In this document: in pieces, positions 28,729 to 37,218 of the stretch | Numbering within the stretch: the stretch's first letter is position 1 | How the letters are laid out: each line of letters opens with the position of its first letter | Source of the DNA: Gallionellaceae bacterium CG11_big_fil_rev_8_21_14_0_20_60_62 | Lineage (GTDB): Bacteria; Pseudomonadota; Gammaproteobacteria; Burkholderiales; Gallionellaceae | Reading direction: 5' to 3' | DNA: 37,218 nucleotides | NCBI GenBank assembly: GCA_002787455.1 | Contig: PCWU01000051.1 | Coordinates: 19,217 to 56,434, forward strand | Program-made: the position numbers and the translations under genes | The notes under the pieces: model-generated | Database searches by the model: none | Seen by the model: only the letters and a program-made list of their open reading frames with translations | What the model was told of the DNA's origin: nothing

Positions 28729-29636
28729 TGCGGCGCGATCTGGTTCAGCAGCCACCGCGCCCACTCGGTCACTTCGGTTGCGCTCATGCCCAGCGTGGCT
28801 TGCTGCTGCGCCAATGCATCACCCGCCGCGCCGTGCAGATGCACCGCGAGCAACAGCGCCTTGTCGGGCGCGATGTCTTGTGCGATGAAGGCGGCAATCA
28901 TTCCCGCCAGCACGTCGCCCATGCCGGGCGCGCTCATCCCGGGATTGCCGGTGGCGTTGCGGTACAGTCTGCCGTCGCGCGTGGCGATCAGGCTGTTCGC
29001 ACCTTTCAGCACCACGCTGCCGCCAAGTTTCCGTGCCAGACTCAAGGCGGAGCGGGCGCGATCTTGTTGGATGTCTTCCGTGTTGCAACCGAGCAGGCGC
29101 GCCGCTTCGCCGGGATGAGGGGTGAAGACGGCAGGCGCTTTGCGCGTGTGCAGCAGGGTGCGCAGGTCGGGTCGCAGGGCAATCTGATTCAGCGCGTCGG
29201 CATCCAGCACGGACGGCAGGTCGAGCACCAGCGCGTCGTGCAGCAGCTTTTGTGCGGCCAGACTTTGCCCCAGACCGCAGCCTATCAGCAGCACAGGAGG
29301 ATTGATATTGCCTTTCTCGTTCACTCCCTCGCCCGCTTGCGTGAGAGGGTTGGGGTGGGGGAATGATTTCAGCGCATCACCCGCGCCTTGCACCATCAGC
29401 TCCGGCACATTCACATCAACCGCCGGCGCGTTATCCGCCAGCAGACCGACATGCACACAGCCGGCGCCCATCTTCAGCGCCGCCCGCCCGGCAAGCAAAG
29501 CCGCGCCGACCATGCCTGCAGCACCGCCGATGACCGTGACCGCCCCGAACAGGCCTTTATGGCTGTCTTTGGGGCGGGTTTTGAGAAAGGCGGCGACTTG
29601 TTTCCGGCTGATCGCGGCGGGACGTTTGTTGTGCAT
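28725..29636 (-). CDS. nnrD: ADP-dependent NAD(P)H-hydrate dehydratase (YjeF C-terminal domain only) with an in-frame palindromic insert
   Basis: [51 protein letters not shown]. Confidence 0.92.
   Translation of the reverse strand: MHNKRPAAISRKQVAAFLKTRPKDSHKGLFGAVTVIGGAAGMVGAALLAGRAALKMGAGCVHVGLLADNAPAVDVNVPELMVQGAGDALKSFPHPNPLTQAGEGVNEKGNINPPVLLIGCGLGQSLAAQKLLHDALVLDLPSVLDADALNQIALRPDLRTLLHTRKAPAVFTPHPGEAARLLGCNTEDIQQDRARSALSLARKLGGSVVLKGANSLIATRDGRLYRNATGNPGMSAPGMGDVLAGMIAAFIAQDIAPDKALLLAVHLHGAAGDALAQQQATLGMSATEVTEWARWLLNQIAPQ
29324..29361. repeat. CCCTC-type palindromic repeat inside nnrD (encodes [12 protein letters not shown])
   Basis: CTCCCTCGCCCGCTTGCGTGAGAGGGTTGGGGTGGGGG: imperfect hairpin CCCTC.C.CGC/GCG.G.GAGGG plus a G-rich tail. 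Confidence 0.8.
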
Positions 29637-29662
29637 GGTGTATTCCTCAATTTTCGCGTGGC

Positions 29663-29683
29663 GGCTGCATTATAATCGCAGCC
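29663..29683. promoter_or_regulatory. Overlapping divergent -10 boxes (ATTATAAT) within a palindrome between nnrD and purL
   Basis: GGCTGC-ATTATAAT-C-GCAGCC; TATAAT reads on both strands. Confidence 0.5.
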
Positions 29684-29713
29684 CGTTCTCATTCAGCCCA
29701 AAGTGATCGCGCC

Positions 29714-32700
29714 ATGTTCCTCACCTCGATTGGCAAATCCGCGCTTTCCGCCTTCCGTCTCGACAAGCTGCGCGCCGCGCTGGACGCCGCCCGTTGCGGG
29801 GTAACTGTCGCAGAGACGCGCCATATTTATTTCATCGAACTCTCCGCCGAACTTTCCGCCAACGAGGCGGCTTTGCTGCATCGTCTGCTGAATCTGAATA
29901 GCGGCGCAGGCGAGCCGAAGAACGCGGGGCAGGCGCAGCGCCTGCTGGTCATTCCGCGCCTCGGCACGATTTCGCCGTGGTCATCCAAGGCTACCGACAT
30001 CGCCAGGCATTGCGCGCTGCCGCAGGCGACGCGCATCGAGCGTGGCGTGATGTACTACCTCGGGGCCAGGAGCGGCAAGGCGCTGAGCGCCGCCGAACAG
30101 CAGGCCGTGCTGCCGCTGCTGCACGACCGCATGACCGAATCCGCGCTCACCGACATCGCCGGCATCGAAGCCAAACTGTTCAGCCACGGCACGCCGCAAC
30201 CCTTGTCCTCGGTGGACATCCTCACGGCCGGCCGCGCCGCGCTGGAAACCGCCAACCGTGAACTCGGTCTGGCGCTGTCCGCCGACGAGATCGACTATCT
30301 GGTGGAGAACTTCACCCGGCTGCAACGCAATCCCACCGACGTCGAACTGATGATGTTCGCGCAGGCCAACTCCGAGCACTGCCGCCACAAGATATTCAAC
30401 GCCGACTGGATCATTGACGACGAGCAGCAGGCCATCTCGCTGTTCGGCATGATCCGTAACACACACAAGCTGCATCCGCAAGGCACGGTGATCGCCTATT
30501 CCGACAACTGTTCCGTGATCGAGGGGGCAGAGGTCGAGCGCTTCTATCCGCGCGCCGACGGCGGCTATGCCTACAGCCGCGAATTCACGCACACCCTGAT
30601 GAAGGTGGAGACGCACAACCACCCGACCGCCATCGCGCCGTTCGCCGGCGCAGCTACCGGCTCCGGCGGCGAGATTCGCGACGAGGGCGCCACCGGCACC
30701 GGCTCCAAACCGAAAGCGGGGCTGGCCGGTTTCTCCGTATCCAACCTGCACATCCCAGGTTTCGGGCAGCCGTGGGAAGCCGGTCCGGTCGGCAAGCCGG
30801 GCCGCATCGTTTCCGCTTTGCAGATCATGATTGACGGCCCGCTTGGCAGCGCCGCCTTCAACAACGAATTCGGCCGTCCCAATCTGGCCGGCTATTTCCG
30901 CACTTTCGAAGAGACCGTCAACGGCGAAGTGCGCGGCTATCACAAGCCCATCATGCTGGCCGGCGGTGTCGGCAACATTGCGGCAAATCACACACACAAG
31001 CACGAGCTGCCGGAAGGCGCCTTGCTGATCCAGCTCGGCGGCCCCGGCATGCTTATCGGTCTGGGCGGCGGCGCGGCATCCAGCATGGACACCGGCGCCA
31101 ACGCCGAGAACCTGGACTTCGATTCCGTCCAGCGCGGCAACCCCGAGATGGAGCGGCGCGCGCAGGAAGTCATCGACCGCTGCTGGCAACTGGGCGAGAA
31201 CAATCCCATCCTGTCCATTCATGACGTGGGCGCGGGCGGCATCTCCAACGCGCTGCCGGAGCTGGTGCACGGTGGCGGCAAGGGCGCGCGTTTCGAACTG
31301 CGCAGTGTGCCTTCCGAAGAGCGCGGCATGTCGCCGATGCAGATATGGAGCAACGAGGCGCAGGAGCGTTACGTGCTCGCCATCCCGGCGGAACGTCTGG
31401 ATGAATTCAAAGCCATGTGCGAACGCGAGCGCTGCCCCTTCGCCGTGCTGGGTCGCGCCATCAGCGAAGACCGGCTCATCGTGCACGACACCGAATTCGA
31501 CAACGATGCGGTCGATATGCCGCTGTCCGTTCTGCTCGGCAAGCCGCCCAAGATGACGCGCAAAGTGCGGCGCGAAAAAGTCGCGCTGCCGAAATTCGAT
31601 ACCGCCAACATCGTGCTGAAAGAAGCCGTTAAGCGCGTGCTGCGCTTGCCAAGCGTTGCGGACAAGACCTTCCTGATTGCTATCGGCGACCGCACCGTGG
31701 GCGGCTACACCGCACGCGACCAGATGGTCGGCCCGTGGCAGGTGCCGGTGGCCGATGTGGCCGTGACCACGATGGGTTATCACACCAACCTGGGCGAAGC
31801 CTTCGCCATCGGCGAACGCGCCCCCATCGCTGTCATCGACGGTCCTGCTTCCGGTCGCATGGCTATCGGCGAGGCGCTCACCAACATCGCCGCCGCGCGC
31901 ATCGACCGGATCGGCGACATTAAACTCTCCGCCAACTGGATGGCCGCCGCCGGCCACCACGGCGAGGATGCCGCACTGTTTGACACCGTGAAAGCGGTGG
32001 GCATGGAGTTGTGTCCGCAGCTCGGCATCAGCATCCCGGTCGGCAAAGACTCCATGAGCATGAAAACGAGCTGGGTCGAAGACGCAGCGAGTTTCGGCGG
32101 AGACTCACCTGCAAAGCAGGTTAGTCATAGCCAAAACGCCCCGGAAAGAAAAGAAGTCACCGCACCACTGTCGCTCATCGTTTCCGCCTTCGCGCCCGTG
32201 CCGGACGCCCGCAAGACGCTCACCCCGCAACTCGCCGCCGAGACCGACACCGCCGTGTTGCTGTTCGACCTCGGCTGCGGCCGCAACCGCCTCGGCGGCT
32301 CCGCGCTGGCGCAGGTGTACAAGCAGGTGGGCGACGTTGCGCCGGACGTGGATGACGCCGCCAAACTAAAAGCCTTGTTCGACCTGATCCAGCGTTTCAA
32401 CCGCGAGGGCAAGCTGCTGGCCTATCACGACCGTTCCGACGGCGGCCTATTCACCGCGCTGTGCGAGATGAGCTTTGCTTCGCACATCGGCCTCGACATC
32501 CGCCTGGACGAACTGAAGGGCGATGACCTCGCCGTGCTGTTCAACGAGGAACTCGGCGCGCTGGTGCAGGTGCGCCACGCCGATCTGGCCGAGATCTTCG
32601 TGCTGTGCGAAGAAGCGGGATTGAGCAACGTGCACGAGGTGGCGCGCCTGAACACCGGCGGCACGATCAACATCTCGCGCGGCAAAACGCAACTCTACAA

Positions 32701-33751
32701 CGAGAACGCGATCACCCTGCGCCGCCTCTGGTCCGAGACCACTTACCAGATGCAAAAGCTGCGCGACAACCCGGTCTGCGCGCAACAGGAATACGACCGC
32801 ATCCTCGACGCCAAGGACTCCGGCCTGCATGTGAAGCTGACTTACGACGTGAATGAGGACTTTTTTGTGGGTCGGGATTCACCCAAAGGGTGCGAGAACC
32901 CCTGCGGGGCATCCCGACAAGACGGCATCGGACTGAAGTCCGGCCTACACATTCAGCACTCGACATTCAGCACCGGTCTTGCCCGTCCAAAAATGGCCAT
33001 CCTGCGCGAGCAGGGGGTGAACGGCCACGTCGAGATGGCCGCCGCCTTCGATCGCGCCGGCTTCGCCACAGTCGACGTGCATATGAGCGACATCATCAGC
33101 GGCCGCGCGACACTGCAAGACTTCAAGGGTTTCGTCGCCTGTGGCGGTTTCTCCTACGGCGATGTGCTGGGGGCGGGCGAGGGCTGGGCAAAATCCATCC
33201 TGTTCAATCCGCGCGCGCGCGACGAGTTCGAAGCCTTCTTTAAGCGCAGCGACACTTTCGCGCTCGGCGTGTGCAACGGCTGCCAGATGATGAGCAACCT
33301 GCACGAGATCATCCCCGGTGCCGATAACTGGGCGCACTTCAGCCGCAACCAGTCGGAGCAGTTCGAGGCGCGCTTTGTGATGGTGGAAGTGCAGCCATCG
33401 CCTTCCATCCTGTTCGACGGCATGGCCGGTAGCCGCATGCCCATCGTTGTCGCGCACGGCGAAGGCTATGCCGATTTCGGCAACACCCAGCGCCTGCATG
33501 CCGCACAGCCCGCGGTCACGCTGCGCTATATCGATCACTACGGCAAGCCGACCACCACCTACCCGCTCAACCCCAACGGCTCGCCGCAGGGCATCACCGG
33601 ACTTACCACGCCGGATGGCCGCTTCAGCATCATGATGCCGCACCCGGAGCGCGTGTTCCGCGCCGTGCAGAACTCGTGGTATCCGAAAGAGTGGAACGAG
33701 AACGGCGCCTGGATGCGCATGTTTCTGAATGCGCGGAAGTGGGTGGGGTAA
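29714..33751 (+). CDS. purL: Phosphoribosylformylglycinamidine synthase (large PurL) with two in-frame insertions
   Basis: [44 protein letters not shown], glutaminase domain GVCNGCQ and MMPHPER. Confidence 0.98.
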   Translation: MFLTSIGKSALSAFRLDKLRAALDAARCGVTVAETRHIYFIELSAELSANEAALLHRLLNLNSGAGEPKNAGQAQRLLVIPRLGTISPWSSKATDIARHCALPQATRIERGVMYYLGARSGKALSAAEQQAVLPLLHDRMTESALTDIAGIEAKLFSHGTPQPLSSVDILTAGRAALETANRELGLALSADEIDYLVENFTRLQRNPTDVELMMFAQANSEHCRHKIFNADWIIDDEQQAISLFGMIRNTHKLHPQGTVIAYSDNCSVIEGAEVERFYPRADGGYAYSREFTHTLMKVETHNHPTAIAPFAGAATGSGGEIRDEGATGTGSKPKAGLAGFSVSNLHIPGFGQPWEAGPVGKPGRIVSALQIMIDGPLGSAAFNNEFGRPNLAGYFRTFEETVNGEVRGYHKPIMLAGGVGNIAANHTHKHELPEGALLIQLGGPGMLIGLGGGAASSMDTGANAENLDFDSVQRGNPEMERRAQEVIDRCWQLGENNPILSIHDVGAGGISNALPELVHGGGKGARFELRSVPSEERGMSPMQIWSNEAQERYVLAIPAERLDEFKAMCERERCPFAVLGRAISEDRLIVHDTEFDNDAVDMPLSVLLGKPPKMTRKVRREKVALPKFDTANIVLKEAVKRVLRLPSVADKTFLIAIGDRTVGGYTARDQMVGPWQVPVADVAVTTMGYHTNLGEAFAIGERAPIAVIDGPASGRMAIGEALTNIAAARIDRIGDIKLSANWMAAAGHHGEDAALFDTVKAVGMELCPQLGISIPVGKDSMSMKTSWVEDAASFGGDSPAKQVSHSQNAPERKEVTAPLSLIVSAFAPVPDARKTLTPQLAAETDTAVLLFDLGCGRNRLGGSALAQVYKQVGDVAPDVDDAAKLKALFDLIQRFNREGKLLAYHDRSDGGLFTALCEMSFASHIGLDIRLDELKGDDLAVLFNEELGALVQVRHADLAEIFVLCEEAGLSNVHEVARLNTGGTINISRGKTQLYNENAITLRRLWSETTYQMQKLRDNPVCAQQEYDRILDAKDSGLHVKLTYDVNEDFFVGRDSPKGCENPCGASRQDGIGLKSGLHIQHSTFSTGLARPKMAILREQGVNGHVEMAAAFDRAGFATVDVHMSDIISGRATLQDFKGFVACGGFSYGDVLGAGEGWAKSILFNPRARDEFEAFFKRSDTFALGVCNGCQMMSNLHEIIPGADNWAHFSRNQSEQFEARFVMVEVQPSPSILFDGMAGSRMPIVVAHGEGYADFGNTQRLHAAQPAVTLRYIDHYGKPTTTYPLNPNGSPQGITGLTTPDGRFSIMMPHPERVFRAVQNSWYPKEWNENGAWMRMFLNARKWVG
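32091..32137. repeat. Hairpin insertion 1 in purL
   Basis: GACT-C-ACCTGC-AAA-GCAGGT-T-AGTC (32102-32126) enclosed by GTTTCGGC/GCCAAAAC (7/8). Confidence 0.65.
32867..32948. repeat. REP doublet in purL interrupted by a nested 30-bp double hairpin
   Basis: GTGGGTCGGGATTCA[30 bp]TCCCGAC, 8-bp spacer, ATCGGACTGAAGTCCGGCCTAC; removing the 30 bp restores a 52-bp element colinear with the folC copy. Confidence 0.88.
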
Positions 33752-33778
33752 GGCTGCTGTTGCCCCCGATTGGCCGCG

Positions 33779-34387
33779 TCAGAAGTTGTAGATGCCAATG
33801 TAGTGCGTGGTTTCCTGCTGCTCATTTTTGATCGCGGTGATGGTCAACCAGAAGGGGTGGAGGATGCGGCCCTCCTTGGTTCTGATGCGAATCTCGCCGC
33901 TCCAGGTTCCCGCGGTCAGCAGGCGCTTCCACATTTCCTCATAAAATTTCCGGTCATGCATTCCGGATTTGAACATGCGCGGATTTTTTCCGACAATTTC
34001 TTCCAGACTGTATCCCAGTTTGGCCAGGAATTTTTTGTTGGCGCGGATGATATTGGCGCCGGCATCGGTGATCAGCGCGGGATCCTTGATTTCAAATGCG
34101 ACCGCAGCGATGCGCAAATCGTCCTCGATCTGTTTGCGCTCGGCGATGTTCTGCACCAGAGGCCGAAAAATGAAGTAGTAAAAAATAGGAATCAGCAGCA
34201 GCGAGAGCACGGCGGCATCCAGCAGGGCGCTGATTGTTTTGTGCGTGGGCGGCAGCCATTGCATGATGTTCATCACAAAGGCTTCGATGAAGAAAACCGA
34301 TCCGATCAGAATGACCAATAATCGTTTGACGGACTGGTATTTCCTTCCGGAACGCGGCGGTTTTAACGCGGGCAAGCGGTTGGGCAT
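33779..34387 (-). CDS. Two-TM plus PAS/PAC protein with no output domain
   Basis: Two hydrophobic helices, ERKQIEDDLRIAAVAFE linker, GYSLEEIVGKNPRMFKSG...WSGEI PAS/PAC; stops at HYIGIYNF; GAGGGGAG RBS. Confidence 0.82.
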   Translation of the reverse strand: MPNRLPALKPPRSGRKYQSVKRLLVILIGSVFFIEAFVMNIMQWLPPTHKTISALLDAAVLSLLLIPIFYYFIFRPLVQNIAERKQIEDDLRIAAVAFEIKDPALITDAGANIIRANKKFLAKLGYSLEEIVGKNPRMFKSGMHDRKFYEEMWKRLLTAGTWSGEIRIRTKEGRILHPFWLTITAIKNEQQETTHYIGIYNF

Positions 34388-34591
34388 GCTCTTCTCCCCT
34401 CGGTTGCACAGACGGCCGGATCGAAAGAAATTTTCGTTTTCAGACTTTCTTGCGGCGCCGGACCGTGCCGTGAAAATTGTTGGTGTGAATCATACACTCC
34501 GCGGGCGTGGCTGCCATCCACCCGGGTTTGCCGTGGCGGATTAAAGGCGGCGGATTCAACTCTGAAGTGAAACTTTTAGGAAAAGGAAGGC

Positions 34592-35248
34592 ATGATGAAA
34601 AAGGAATTTTGGCTGGAACGGTGGCAGCGGGCGGAAATTGGTTTTCATCAGGACGAGGTCAATCCACATCTGCCGCGCTATTGGCCGGAGCTGAAACAGC
34701 AGGGCTGCCTGGTATTTGTGCCGCTTTGCGGCAAGAGCCTGGATATGCTGTGGCTGCGCGATCAGGGGAATACGTTGCTGGGCGTGGAGTTGAGCGAAAT
34801 CGCGGTGCGCGACTTCTTTCAGCAGCAGGGCAAGTCTCCGGCGCGTGAAGTTGCCGGCAAGTTCCATTGTTGCGAGGCGGATGGCATCCGTGTCCTGTGC
34901 GGAGACTTCTTTGATTTAAACAAAACGGAAGTGGCGCAGGTAAAGGCAGTGTATGACCGCGCATCACTGGTGGCCCTGCCGCCGGAAATGCGGCAGCGGT
35001 ATGCGCGCCATCTGGCCGGGATTCTGTCGCCCGCGACGCAAATCCTGCTGGTGACTTTCGATTACCCGCAGGAGGAGATGGCGGGGCCGCCATTCGCGGT
35101 ATCAGCAGACGAGGTGCGGGCGCTCTATGGCCGCTATGCGGAGATTCGCCTGCTGCAAAGGGAAGATGTGCTGGAACAAAATCCGCGTTTCGTGCAACGC
35201 GGCGTGACGCGGATGGAGGAAAGCATCTTCCTGCTCACCCTGCGCTAA
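34592..35248 (+). CDS. tpm: Thiopurine S-methyltransferase
   Basis: FWLERW...IGFHQ, VFVPLCGKSLDM, GVELSE, YDRASLVALP, GPPF. Confidence 0.95.
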   Translation: MMKKEFWLERWQRAEIGFHQDEVNPHLPRYWPELKQQGCLVFVPLCGKSLDMLWLRDQGNTLLGVELSEIAVRDFFQQQGKSPAREVAGKFHCCEADGIRVLCGDFFDLNKTEVAQVKAVYDRASLVALPPEMRQRYARHLAGILSPATQILLVTFDYPQEEMAGPPFAVSADEVRALYGRYAEIRLLQREDVLEQNPRFVQRGVTRMEESIFLLTLR

Positions 35249-35407
35249 TCAATTCCCGGCGGACTTCTTTTCCGTGGCACATTCCGGACATTCTTCGCCC
35301 GGCTCGAACAGAATGCCATGTTTTGGACAGCGTTGCAGGATGACAGTCTTGCCGTCGTGTTCTCCGGCGGGAGTGTTGCTGTCGGGGGCGGTGTCGGAGG
35401 CAGTCAT
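35249..35407 (-). CDS. Small hypothetical protein (52 aa) with a CPKH-X9-CPEC putative zinc ribbon
   Basis: AGGAG RBS 6 nt before ATG 35407; fills the gap between tpm and djlA; four potential metal ligands. Confidence 0.6.
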   Translation of the reverse strand: MTASDTAPDSNTPAGEHDGKTVILQRCPKHGILFEPGEECPECATEKKSAGN

Positions 35408-35558
35408 TTTATTCTCCTGTGCGTGCGTGTGCGCCATTGGACGGCACGGGATGTCTACGGCGCAACTTTAGACGCGCCCCGGGTTGCCTGTCAATGGCGC
35501 TAAAACGCTGGTGCGGCGCGGGTATAATCCCACCCTGTTTTATTTGTCCGGAGTTGTT

Positions 35559-36332
35559 GTGTTCAAACTGATCGGTGTCGTGGCGGGTTTTTATTTTCTC
35601 GGCGGGTGGGGGATTTTGCTCGGTTTATTCCTGGGGTCGATCATTGACCGGGTGCGCGCGCTGGGCGAGGGCGCACTGAACCCTTTGCAGAATGCGCTGC
35701 GGCAGACGGTGTTTCTGGAAACGGTATTTCTTGCGATGGGCAAGCTGGCGAAGGCGGACGGGCGGGTTTCGGAAGACGAGATCGCGCATGTCGAACAGTT
35801 CATGCAGAAACTCGGCATGACGCCGGCGCACCGCCAGCAGGCCATTGCCTGGTTCAAACAGGGCACGGCAGCGGAATTTGAGATCGAGCCGGCCTTCCGC
35901 AAGTTCATGGCGGTCTGTGGCCACACGCACAATCTCAAGGAGATGTTGCTGATCTATCTGATCGTGATGGCACTGGCGGACGGGGATTACCATGCGGAAG
36001 AAGAGAAATTACTGACTGCGATCGCCGGCTATCTCGGTTATGGCCCGGAGGCATTCAAGCGTTTGCTGGACATGGTGTTGAACCAGTCTCATTTCGCCGG
36101 CGGGCAAGTGAGCAGCGAAACGGCGCTGGACGATGCCTACAAGGCGCTGGGCGTGAGCCGCGACAGCACGGATGCGGAAGTCAAACGTGCCTGGCGCAAA
36201 CTGATGAGCCAATATCATCCCGACAAATTGATGGGCCAGGGGCTGCCGGACGACATGATCAAGATGGCGACCGAGCAGGCAAAAGAAATTCAGCTTGCTT
36301 ATGATCTGATCAAAAAGGAACGCAGTCTGTGA
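35559..36332 (+). CDS. djlA: Co-chaperone DjlA (TM-TerB-like-J domain)
   Basis: GKLAKADGRVSEDEI; C-terminal J domain AYKALGV...LMSQYHPDKL; GTG 35559 after GGAG, TATAAT at 35523-35528. Confidence 0.93.
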   Translation: MFKLIGVVAGFYFLGGWGILLGLFLGSIIDRVRALGEGALNPLQNALRQTVFLETVFLAMGKLAKADGRVSEDEIAHVEQFMQKLGMTPAHRQQAIAWFKQGTAAEFEIEPAFRKFMAVCGHTHNLKEMLLIYLIVMALADGDYHAEEEKLLTAIAGYLGYGPEAFKRLLDMVLNQSHFAGGQVSSETALDDAYKALGVSRDSTDAEVKRAWRKLMSQYHPDKLMGQGLPDDMIKMATEQAKEIQLAYDLIKKERSL

Positions 36333-36345
36333 CGCAAATTCTTCT

Positions 36346-37218
36346 TCAGCGCGGTTCGATCTGCCACAGATGCTGCGACACTGAAAACCAGGCGCCGAGC
36401 CAGCCGAGGTAGGCTGAAAAAACCAGCAAGGCAAGGCTGTCGGCAGGGGTCAATGATTGCAGGGCAAAATTGCTGGCATACAGCCGGGCCAGATCACCGA
36501 GCGAGGCGTTCAATACGAACAGGATGCCGGAAACCAGCAACCAGGCGGAGATGCCGCCGAGCAAGCCTTGCAGCATGCCGAAGTAGAGGAAGGGGCGGCG
36601 AATGAAGGTGTCGGTGGCGCCGATGAGTTTGGCCACCTCGATCTCCTGGCGTCGGGTCAGAATCTGCAGGCGGATGGTGTTGAACGTGATGGCGACCAGG
36701 GCAAAGCTCAGCATGGCAGCCAGCAGCGCAACCGCCAGCCGTCCAAAATCCAGCATCGCTTCCAGTTTGCGCAACCAGGCCGAATCGAGTTGGGCGTGCT
36801 CGACATTCGGGTAGCCTTGCAACGCGTCGCGCAGCGCTTCGAGTGCGGCCGGTTCTCGCGTTTTGGGATGGACGATATACGCATCCGGCAGGGGGTTTTG
36901 TGCCAGCCCGGCAGTGACGTCCGCCAGTCCTGTACTTTCCTGCAATTGTTTTAGCGCCGCATCGCGCGACACAAATTCAACCGCAGCGATTGCATCGTGC
37001 CCGCGCAATTTTTCACCCAATTTTTCAATCGCGGTGGCGCTCGTACCACTGGCCAGATAAAGACTGATCTGCGGTGTCGTGCCGAGCCGTGCGTCGAGAC
37101 TCTGCATGCTTTGCAGCAGGACGTAGCCGCCGACCGGCAGGCTCAATGCGATGCCGGTGACAAGGATGCTGAGCAGGGATGCGCCCGGGGTCGACAGCAG
37201 ACGCTGCAGGCTCTCGCG
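36346..37218 (-). CDS. ftsX: Cell division ABC permease FtsX (5' end outside the window)
   Basis: GIALSLP, NPLPD, NTIRLQILTRRQEIEVAKLIGATDTFIRRPFLYFG; frame open to the window edge. Confidence 0.95.
   Translation of the reverse strand, partial: RESLQRLLSTPGASLLSILVTGIALSLPVGGYVLLQSMQSLDARLGTTPQISLYLASGTSATAIEKLGEKLRGHDAIAAVEFVSRDAALKQLQESTGLADVTAGLAQNPLPDAYIVHPKTREPAALEALRDALQGYPNVEHAQLDSAWLRKLEAMLDFGRLAVALLAAMLSFALVAITFNTIRLQILTRRQEIEVAKLIGATDTFIRRPFLYFGMLQGLLGGISAWLLVSGILFVLNASLGDLARLYASNFALQSLTPADSLALLVFSAYLGWLGAWFSVSQHLWQIEPR

Noticed and set aside
34480-34540. c-di-GMP-I riboswitch on the minus strand (CACGGCAAACCC...) upstream of the PAS gene
   Set aside because: The GGCAAAC start is present, but I see no GNRA-capped P2 stem or downstream GCAAAG/P3 elements; an Rfam cmsearch would settle it.

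Overview
Core-chromosome housekeeping region of a ~60% GC betaproteobacterium, most likely Gallionellaceae (Sideroxydans/Gallionella-like; inferred from gene order and a GAAC-N4-GTTC SOS box). Gene order: accD(partial)-folC-dedD-cvpA-purF, SAM-II riboswitch-metZ, pncC/cinA-recA-recX-alaS, receiver + GAF/PAS/GGDEF pair, waaF/zf-CHCC/ilvE, membrane adenylate cyclase, glnE, yhdP-nitrilase-tldD-crcB-DUF190, DUF2934 protein, spermidine-synthase-like protein, nnrD, purL, stand-alone PAS protein, tpm, small Zn-ribbon ORF, djlA, ftsX(partial). I recognised no transposase, phage gene, tRNA, rRNA or CRISPR array. The unusual signal is sub-genic: about ten small palindromic elements from several families. 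(i) Four intergenic 86-136 bp elements have inverted arms built from tandem 8-9-bp units (CACAGAG, CRCAGAT, CRCGAAA). (ii) A 139-bp nested hairpin with terminal inverted repeats sits just upstream of the recA SOS box. (iii) GTAG-type REP doublets and other hairpins are inserted IN FRAME in folC, nnrD and twice in purL; one purL insert is itself split by a nested 30-bp double hairpin. (iv) alaS has a ~360-bp patch of low GC and rare codons. Links to mobilising enzymes are inference, since none is encoded in this window.
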